DNA from: Mobula hypostoma
Taxonomy: Eukaryota
Direction: 5' to 3'
Assembly: GCF_963921235.1 (NCBI RefSeq)
Contig: NC_086097.1
Location: forward strand, 154,072,001-154,136,000
DNA length: 64,000 nt
Both the position numbers and the translations under genes were made by a program. The notes below the pieces were generated by a model. The model searched no databases. It was not told where the DNA came from and saw only the letters and a list, made by a program, of their open reading frames with translations. Shown one piece after another: positions 55,248 through 64,000 of the stretch; the first letter of the stretch is position 1, and each line of letters starts with the position of its first letter.

Positions 55248-56084
55248 TGAAGAAGCCATCACTTGTACATGTCAATACTCAGAATCCAAGCCCTAAATGA
55301 TGGTTGATTTCCTCACTGAAGTGTACAGACCTATGGGCCTTGTGCTCTTCAGCTGGAAGACAAAGATCTTTTACCATGTTGCCCCTTGCAACACATTGCA
55401 ATCAACCTGACAACTGAGATCCAGACAGAGAACGTAAGGCGATGACTGCTGCCAGCAGCTAACAGCTAACAGCTACAGCTGTGCAAAGCATGATGCAAAA
55501 CAGGAGAAGCCAATTCACATGAGCAACAATTTATTGTGAGAAGAAAAATAGATATGACTCATAGCCACACCAGAGCAGAAAACTGTGCAGCGTCTTCAGT
55601 TCGAAGAAACAGAAGAACAGATGGCCTGTGATGCTCTCTGAGAATTTCCAAAGACATTGGTAACAATAACATTGAACAGTTGTTCTCTATTGTAGTATCA
55701 TAGAATGTATCAGGTATTGTTCTTAGAAACCATCTGTAGTGAGCAGACTGTGAAATAATGTTTTAAACGAAACCTTCATTAAATAAAGAACTATATTTCC
55801 CTGAGACACGTTATTTTCAGTAAGGGGTAATTTAGCTTTGTTGGCATTCAAGGTTTCCAAAGCAGGCAGAAGAGCTTGTGGTGCCTATGCTAATAAGTGA
55901 TCACTACAGGTTAAAATGGTGAAATGCTTAGCTGGGAAGACATGGTAGTTAGACCCACATGGGAAAACTTTCCAGAGCAATCAATTCCTTGAACCCTATT
56001 TCTCATTGACTTAAATGTTTGAAGAGTCCCAACAATCTGAATAATGACTTCTGTATAAACATATAAATAAAAAAAGCATCAAAT

Positions 56085-57169
56085 AAGGTTCCCCATGCGA
56101 AGCTTATTCAGAAAGCAATGAGGCCTGGGATCCAAGAAGACCTTGCTTTGTGGATCTAGAACTGGCTTGCCCACAGAAGGCAAAGGGTGGTTGTAGATGT
56201 TCGTATTCTGCATGGAGGTCGCAGACCAGTGGTGTTCCACAGGGATCTGTTCTGGGACAACTCCTCCTTATGATTTTTATAAATGACCTGGATGAGGAAG
56301 TTGAAGGGTGGGTTAGTAAGTTTGCTGGTGACACAAAAATTGATGGTGTGTGGATAGTCTGGAGGGTTATCAGAGGTTACAGTGAGACATCGATAGGATG
56401 CAGAACTGGGCTGAGAAGTGGCAAGTGGAGTTCAATCTAGAGAAGTGTGAAGTGGTTCATTTTGGTAGGTCAAGTTTAAAGACAGAATATAATATTAAGG
56501 CAAGACTCTTGGCAGTGTGGAGGATCAGCAAGATCTTGGGCACCGTGTCCATGGGACACTCAAATCTGCTGCGCAGGCTGACAGTGTTGTTAAGAAGGTA
56601 CATGGTGTTTTGGCATTCATGAACTGTGGGATTCAGTTCAAGAGCTGTGAGGTAATGTTGCAGCTATATAAGACCTTGGTTAGACCCTACTTGGAATACT
56701 GTGTTCAGTTCTGGCCACCTGACTACAGGAAAGATATGGATACTATAGGGAGAGTGCAGAAGGAATTTACAAGGTTGTTGCTTGGATTGGAAGGCATACC
56801 TTATGAGAATAGATTGAGTGGACTTGGCCTTTTCTCCTTGGAGCAACGGAGGATGACAGGTGACCTGACAGAAGTGTATAAGATGATGAGAGGCATTGAT
56901 CATGTGGATAGCCAGAGGATTCTCCCCAGGGCTGAAGTGGCTAACATGAGGGGGCATAGTTTTAAGGTGCTTGAAAGTAGACACGAGGGGGATGGCAGAG
57001 GTACGTTTTTCGCACATAGAGTGATGGGTGCGTGGAATGCACTGCCAGTGACAGTAGTAGAAGTGGATGCAATATGGTCTTTTAAGAGGCTCCTAGGTAG
57101 GTACATAGAGCTTAGAAAAACAGTGGGCTATGCAGTAAGGAAACTATAGGTAATTTGTAGAGTAGGTTA
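56085..57169 (+). mobile_element. Older 5'-truncated CR1 (RT C-terminal half); its 3'UTR resumes at 61296-~61400
   Basis: Fragmented ORFs with [19 protein letters not shown] and LYKTLVRPYLEYCVQFW. (TTCTATG)n-like tail at ~61350-61400. Confidence 0.88.
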
Positions 57170-57357
57170 AACCTTGACGTAGCGCGCCAAGGTTTAAAAA
57201 GCTGAACACCATAGCGGCCATCATTGTAGCGGCCATCATCGGAGTGGACTGAGTCAGAGTGGGACGGCTTTGGCTCAAACAGGCTTCGGCGAAAACAGGC
57301 AAAGGCCAGGGTAGGTTCCGGTAAGTTTTTTTGTTCAGATTGTTTAGTACAGAGAGA

Positions 57358-58292
57358 ATGCCAGGCAGGATGTTGGAATGCTCCTCTTGCAGGATGTGGG
57401 AAGTCAGGGAGCCCTCCGGTGTCCCAGACAACCACACCTGCAAGAAGTGCATCCAGCTGCAGCTCCTGACAAACCGCGTTAGGGAACTGGAGCAGGAGCT
57501 GGATGACCTGCGGATCATTCGGGAGAATGAGGAGATTATAGATCGTAGCTACAGGGAGGTAGTTACGCCAAAGGAGCAGAGGACAGGAAATTGGGTCACT
57601 GTCAGACGAGGGAAGAGGAAAGGGCAGGCAGAGCAGGGTTCCCCTGTGGCCATTCCCCTCAACAACAAGTATACTGCATTGGATACTGTTGGAGGGGGAT
57701 GACTTACCTGGGACAAGCTGCAGTAGCCGGATCTCTGGCACTGAGTCTGGCTCTGCAGTGCAGAAGGGAGGGGGAAAAGAGGAGAGGGGTAGTGATAGGG
57801 GACTCGATAGTTAGAGGTGCAGATAGGAGGTTCTGTGGTCGTGACAGAGAATCCAGGATGGTTTGTTGCCTCCCGGGTGCCAGCGTCAAGGATCTCTCCG
57901 ATCGATTGCATGACATTCTGAAGTGGGAGGGTGACCAGCCAGATGTCATGGTGCACATAGGTACCAATGACATAGCAAGGAAGAGTGAGGAGGTCCTGGA
58001 CAGTGAGTATAGAGAGCTTGGTAGGAAGTTGAAAAGCAGGACCTCGAGGGTGGTAATCTCAGGATTGCTACCTGTGTTACGTGCCAGTGAGGGTAGGAAT
58101 AGGATGCTCTGGAGGATGAACAGGTGGCTGAGGAACTGGTGTAGGGGGCAGGGTTTCAGATTTCAGGATCATTGCGACCTCTTCTGGGGCAGGTGGGACC
58201 TGTACAAGAGCGACGGGTTACACTTGAACTACAGGGGGACCAATATCCTTTCAGGGAGGTTTGTTAGTGCTATTGGGGAGGCTTTAAACTAG
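57358..58292 (+). pseudogene. CR1 ORF1: C-x2-C-x16-C-x2-C zinc finger, leucine heptads and SGNH/GDSL esterase; frameshifted in G runs
   Basis: ATG at 57358 (MPGRMLECSSC...TCKKC...LTNRVRELEQEL). Esterase blocks IGDS, PGA, GTND and DGLH in ORF 57591..58292. Inferred +1 G at 57694-57698 and 57770-57774. Confidence 0.9.
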
Positions 58293-61222
58293 ATTTGCAG
58301 GGGGATGGGAACCAGAGTGCCAGAGCTGACAGTGTGGCTGGGGTAAAAATAAATGATATTAAATTTCAAGCAAATCCGCTAATAGAAAGGTTGTTAATGG
58401 TGGTAAAAATCTTCTGAGGTGTATATATTTCAATGCTAGGAGTATTGCGGGGAAGGCGGATGAGTTGAGGGCGTGGATTGACACGTGGAATTATGAAGTT
58501 ATAGCAATTAGTGAAACTTGGCTACAGGAGGGGCAGGACTGGCAGCTTAATATTCCAGGGTTCCGATGTTTCAGCTGTGATCGAGGCAGAGGAATGAAAG
58601 GTGAGGGAGTAGCATTGCTTGTTAGGGATAATATTACAGCAGTGCTCAGGCAGGACAGATTAGAGGGCTTGTCCACTGAGTCCTTATGGGTGGAGCTGAG
58701 AAACAGGAAAGGTATGGCCACATTAGTGGGATTGTATTACAGACCACCCAATAGTCAACGAGACTTGGAAGAGCAAATCTGCAGAGAGATAGCAGGCAAC
58801 TGCAGGAAACATAAAGTTGTGGTGGTAGGGGATTTTAATTTTCCATATATTGATTGGGACTCCCATACTGTTAGGGGTCTAGATGGTTTAGAGTTTGTAA
58901 AATGTGTTCAGGAAAGTATTCTAAATCAATATATAGTGGGACCAACTAGAGGGGATGCAATATTGGATCTCCTGTTAGGAAACGAGTTAGGACAAATGAC
59001 GGAAGTCTGTGTAGGGGAGCACTTTGGTTCCAGTGATCATAACGCCATTAGTTTCAACTTGATCATGGACAAGGATAGATCTGGTCCTAGGGTTGAGGTT
59101 CTGAACTGGAAGAAGGCCGAATTTGAAGAAATGAGAAAGGATCTAAAAAGCGTGGATTGGGTCAGGTTGTTCTCTGGCAAAGATGTGATTGGTAGGTGGG
59201 AAGCCTTCAAAGGAGAAATTTTGAGAGTGCAGAGTTTGTATGTTCCTGTCAGGATTAAAGACAAAGTGAATAGGAATAAGGAACCTTGGTTCCCAAGGGA
59301 TATTGCAACTCTGATAAAGAAGAAGAGGGAGTTGTATGAAATGTATAGGAAACAGGGAGTAAATCAGGTGCTTGAGGAGTATAAGAAGTGCAAGAAAAAT
59401 ACTTAAGAAAGAAATCAGGAGGGCTAAAAGAAGACATGAGGTTGCCTTGGCAGTCAAAGTGAAGGATAATCCAAAGAGCTTTTACAGGTATATTAAGAGC
59501 AAAAGGATTGTAAGGGATAAAATTGGTCCTCTTGAAGATCAGAGTGGTCGGCTATGTGCAGAACCAAAGGAAATGGGGGAGATCTTAAATAGGTTTTTTG
59601 CGTCTGTATTTACTAAGGAAACTGGCATGAAGTCTATGGAATTAAGGGAAACAAGTAGTGAGATCACGGAAACTGTACAGATCGAAAAGGAGGAGGTCCT
59701 TGCTGTCTTGAGGAAAATTAAAGTGGATAAATCCCCGGGACCTGAGAGGGTGTTCCCTCGGACCTTGAAGGAGACTAGTGTTGAAATTGCGGGGGTCCTG
59801 GCAGAAATATTTAAAATGTCGCTGTCTACAGGTGAGGTACCGGAGGATTGGAGAGTGGCTCATGTTGTTCCGTTGTTTAAAAAAGGATCAAAAAGTAATT
59901 TGGGAAATTATAGGCCGGTAAGTTTAACATCGGTAGTAGGTAAGTTATTGGAGGGAGTACTAAGAGACAGAATCTATAAGCATTCGGATAGACGGGAACT
60001 TATTAGGGAGAGTCAACATGGCTTTGTGCGTGGTAGGTCATGTTTGACCAATCTATTGGAGTTTTTCGAGGAGGTTACCAGGAAAGTGGATGAAGGGAAG
60101 GCAGTGGATATTGTCTACATGGATCTCAGTAAGGCCTTTGACAAGGTCCCGCATGGGAGGTTAGTTAGGAAAGTTCAGTCGCTAGGTAGACATGGAGAGG
60201 TGGTAAATTGGATTAGACATTGGCTCAATGGAAGAAGCCAAAGAGTGGTAGTAGAGAATTGTTTCTCTGAGTGGAGGCCTGTGACTAGTGGTGTGCCACA
60301 GGGATCAGTGCTGGGTCCATTGTTATTTGTCATGAATATCAATGATCTGGATGATAATGTGGTAAATTGGATCAGCAAATTTGCTGATGATACAAAGATT
60401 GGAGGTGTAGTAGACAGTGAGGAAGGTTTTCAGAGCCTGCAGAGGGACTTGGACCAGCTGGAAAAATGGACTGAAAAATGGCAGATGGAGTTTAATACAG
60501 ACAAGTGTGAGGTATTGCACGTTGGAAGGACAAACCAAGGTAGAACATACAGGGTTAATGGTAAGGCACTGAGGAGTGCAGTAGAACAGAGGGATCTGGG
60601 AATACAGATACAAAATTCCCTAAAAGTGGCGTCACAGGTAGATAGGGTCATAAAGAGAGCTTTTGGTACATTGGCCTTTATTAATCAAAGTATTGAGTAT
60701 AAGAGCTGGAATGTTAAGATGAGGTTGTATAAGGCATTGGTGAGGCCGAATCTGGAGTATTGTGTTCAGTTTTGGTCACCAAATTACAGGAAGGATATAA
60801 TTAAGGTTGAAAGAGTGCAGAGAAGGTTTACAAGGATGCTGCCAGGACTTGAGAAACTCAGTTACAGAGAAAGGTTGAACAGGTTAGGACTTTATTCCCT
60901 GGAGCATAGAAGAATGAGGGGAGATTTGATAGAGGTATATAAAATTATGATGGGTATAGATAGAGTGAATGCAAGCAGGCTTTTTCCACTGATGCAAGGG
61001 GAGAAAAAAACCAGAGGACATGGGTTAAAGGTGAGGGGGGAAAAGTTTAAAGGGAACATTAGGGGGGGCTTCTTCACACAGAGAGTGGTGGGAGTATGGA
61101 ATGAGCTGCCAGATGAGGTGGTAAATGCGGGTTCCTTTTTAACATTTAAGAATAAATTGGACAGATACATGGATGGGAGGTGTATGGAGGGATATGGTCT
61201 GTGTGCAGGTCAGTGGGACTAG
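58283..61222 (+). pseudogene. CR1 ORF2: APE endonuclease plus reverse transcriptase, split by single-base indels
   Basis: Endonuclease motifs YFNARSI, ISETWL, GLYYRPP, VGDFN and SSDH in and just upstream of ORF 58465..59406. RT motifs [27 protein letters not shown] and FADD in ORF 59372..61222. The 5' boundary is inferred. Confidence 0.9.
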
Positions 61223-62500
61223 GCAGAAAATGCTTCGGCACAGCCAAAAAGGGCCAAAAGGCCTGTTTCTGTGCTGTAGTTTCTATGGTTTCTATGGTTA
61301 TATGGTCGGCACATCATTGTGGGCCAAAGGGCCTGTAACGTGCGGTAGATTTCTATTTTCTATGTTCTATGTTCTAAGTTAAGTTCTATGTTAAGTTCTA
61401 AGTACATTGGCAGTAACACCTCCAGAGACCAATTATCAACAAGAAAGAAGAACCACCTCAGATGTTGGACATGAGTGACAATCGGGACTCCTGTAGAACC
61501 GAGCTGGACAGGTTGGGAAAAAGTGGGCAATACTCCACTCTTAACGCACCAGTGCCAGAATAGTTTACAAACATTTTTTTTGGAAAAAAATATATAAGAA
61601 GGATTTGGAATAAACCAAGCATATGTATGCTGCCAAACATATGAAGTGTTTTATTTTCTATAGCTAATCAAAACACAATATTTTACAGTAAACAAAACAT
61701 GGATCAACTTGCATACCTTGGTAGCCAACCCTCAGTTGACAATGATGACAATAATCATTCTTCTTTCCAATGTCCTATATAACCTTCAGCTGACTGAGGA
61801 AAAGGACTTTTGAAGACCAAGACATGGGACTAATCTCTTACTCTACTGGGTGACCGTTTTTTAAAAAATCCTTCTGCATGCTTTAGAGACAAAAGAAGGT
61901 ACTTAAAAGTAGTAGCATGAGACCTCCAGGAAGATGTTCGCAATGCCTCCTAGGGAAAAATGTAACATACTCAGACACTCAGGGGAACCTCTGCCTTGCA
62001 ACACAAAGTGAAGAAGAGTCACTGAGCACCTTAACTCTGTAGGGCAGTGACAAATGAAACCAAAGTGCAAATAGAGAAGGAGTGTACAACATCCTAAATT
62101 AGAACATTGGCCCACTTCATGAATCACCAGCTGCCATCTGCTAACAGTGCATCCAGATCCCATAAAACACTTATCGGTAAAGTTTGATGCACAGAAATAG
62201 ATTGGAAGCAAGTCATCCAAGTCCTGGAGAACTGCCCAAGAGTAAGTGACTCCCTGATCATTCACCCTTCCTGCCCAAGAAGGCATTTCACCACTGCTTC
62301 ACCAAAAGAACTTACAAAGTAATTCTCAGCGGTATACTTCCATTTACTTATCACTCATCCGTCTAATAACCAATAGCCTGGCCCAAAGAATAGAAACATG
62401 CTAGCACAAGTACTTCCTACACAGAAAAAGATGTTAACTGAGAACTTTAATTTGCTTAATAAAAAAGTAGCACCTGATAATAATTAACAAAAATACTCAC

Positions 62501-62574
62501 ATGTGTTCCTGGAATGTAAGTGCCATCTGTTTCTGGTGTTCCATGTAGAAGAAGGCCTCTGAGAATCTTCTTAC
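62501..62574 (-). CDS. FAM135B: FAM135B internal coding exon (74 nt), VRRFSEAFFYMEHQKQMALTFQEH
   Basis: Minus strand reads gcacag|GTAAGAAGATTC...GAACACAT|gtgagt. The peptide matches the FAM135 N-terminal-region segment, and FFYMEHQK is the B-paralog form as I recall it. It ends in phase 2, compatible with the next exon. Confidence 0.93.
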
Positions 62575-62839
62575 CTGTGCACAAACAAATAAGAATCTCA
62601 GTTCTCTCCCTAATTATATAAACACTTACTTTGTGTCTTTACTGATCTTTCAGTATATTTTAAAACATTGAGTTTCTGACCTATTTGTACTCCTCAAACC
62701 AAACCTTAGGGAAGTATTAACTAAAGATATTCCCATGCACAGTTCAATCTTCTGTACAATGAAGTTTTTACCAAAATGACTATGAGATTAAAGAGACTCA
62801 CTGGAGTGCAACACTGAGAGTAATTGTATGTATGGGTCA

Positions 62840-63470
62840 AGTGAAGTTCAAGTTCATCGTCAAGTTTAGACAGATAGATAGACATACTTTATTGATCCCG
62901 AGGGAAAATGGGTAAATTGTCATAAAAGTTTAATTGTCATTCAACCATGCATGAATATAACCAGACGAAACAGCATTACTCTGGGGCCAAGGTGCAAAAC
63001 AAAGTGCCAACTGTACTTTACATCACAAGGCAAGTATAGCACAAATAAGACAGGAGTAAAATACAGGCACACAAAGAAGACATAAAATCAAAGTCCCCGA
63101 GTCCATGAATGTTGCAGCAGACTGTAGTTAAACACAACATATCTTGGTTTCTACTGAAAGAACACTGCAGGGCAGCATCAACTCCAGCATTGACACCATG
63201 CCACACTCTCCGGTGGAGGGCACCAACTCTAACACCTCTCTCCTGGGTAGCTGCTAACAAGTGACACCGCCGTTTAAGGCTTCATCTTTGCTATGACCGA
63301 GGCCACATGTTGTCTGCCTCCACCATTCAGCAGTAAAACAGTGAACCAGACTTCAGTATTCCACATTACCAATGTCCAACAGAGTCTTGCCATCGTACAA
63401 AAAGCGTCTAAAGCAATCACTCGCTGTTGGATTGCACACTGCCTTTTCACACCAACTCCTGGCTGACGGA
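62840..63470 (-). repeat. Unclassified interspersed repeat with a Rex1-like tail, plus a short (agat)n-tailed insert
   Basis: (aagttc)n tail, tttaattgtcatt and agatagatagacatactttattgatcc. Confidence 0.45.
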
Positions 63471-63599
63471 GGTAGCAGTTATTTTGTATAACGATGTTAA
63501 CAATGGAAACACCATCTTGCTGAAATGATATAACGATAACCCATGTTACTACATTTTCAGACAGCTAATTGATGGATCACAGTGAATTCGTGAACGGTT

Positions 63600-64000
63600 A
63601 GATTAATTTCTGTTCTTGAGAAATTTCTAGGACATCAAACAGGGAGTAAGGAGTAGATCATGGTGGACAAGCCTTCTAAATTTTTTGAAACAATGACTAA
63701 GGCAAGGGAAGAAGCATGCCTGTGGGTGATGTGGATTTTGAAATAGTAAATGATAAATCCCTCAAATGCTAAAGTTAAAGCCCATGGAATTGACTCAGCA
63801 AGAAAGCTGCCTGACCAGGAGATAGAGAGCAGTAACAATGACTCATTCACAAATTGACTGCATGTGATAAGTAGTATTCTGCAAAGATTTGTATTGGGAT
63901 TATACTACTCAATTTAATTGTAAATGACTCAAATGAAGGGTTAGTAAATGCATACCCAAGTTTACTATTATCAAACCACAAACAATATGCATGGAGGCAG
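63600..64000 (+). mobile_element. Highly degraded CR1 RT fragment
   Basis: Loose colinearity with the RT region (gtggattttg...aaagcccatggaattga...gtattgggat). Confidence 0.5.

Larger units (their letters stand above)
57170..61295 (+). mobile_element. Near-intact full-length CR1-clade LINE nested in an older CR1
   Basis: 5'UTR, ORF1 (zinc finger, coiled coil, esterase), ORF2 (APE endonuclease, reverse transcriptase) and a 3' (TTCTATGG)n tail. Flanked by GGTTA at 57165-57169 and 61296-61300, where the host CR1 3'UTR stops and resumes. Confidence 0.95.

Overview
Vertebrate genomic DNA, inferred from its repeat content to be from a cartilaginous fish (CR1 LINEs with HE1/V-SINE-like partners, Penelope-like elements, Rex1/Babar-like LINEs). 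The window lies inside one protein-coding gene on the minus strand, FAM135B. Eight internal coding exons were delimited by hand, all with GT-AG boundaries and continuous phase: 62574-62501, 47258-47104, 34013-31958, 27508-27342, 26703-26612, 17500-17403, 7090-6939 and 1812-1702. The 5' and 3' ends of the gene lie outside the window. The introns are dominated by mobile elements: a near-intact full-length CR1 (57170-61295), many truncated CR1s, Penelope-like elements with minimal hammerhead-ribozyme motifs, Rex1-like fragments, a solo LTR, SINEs, small DNA-transposon relics and two copies of a ~0.65 kb non-autonomous retroelement. The most notable observations are (i) a U_UUA_AAC slippery heptamer exactly at the CR1 ORF1 stop, with a Met-less ORF2 leader open in the -1 frame (candidate programmed frameshift), (ii) intronic Penelope hammerhead motifs in the host sense orientation, one with an intact core, and (iii) several fold-back or templated-insertion structures. 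Repeat boundaries are approximate unless a target-site duplication (TSD) is quoted. Family names come from motif recognition, not database searches.
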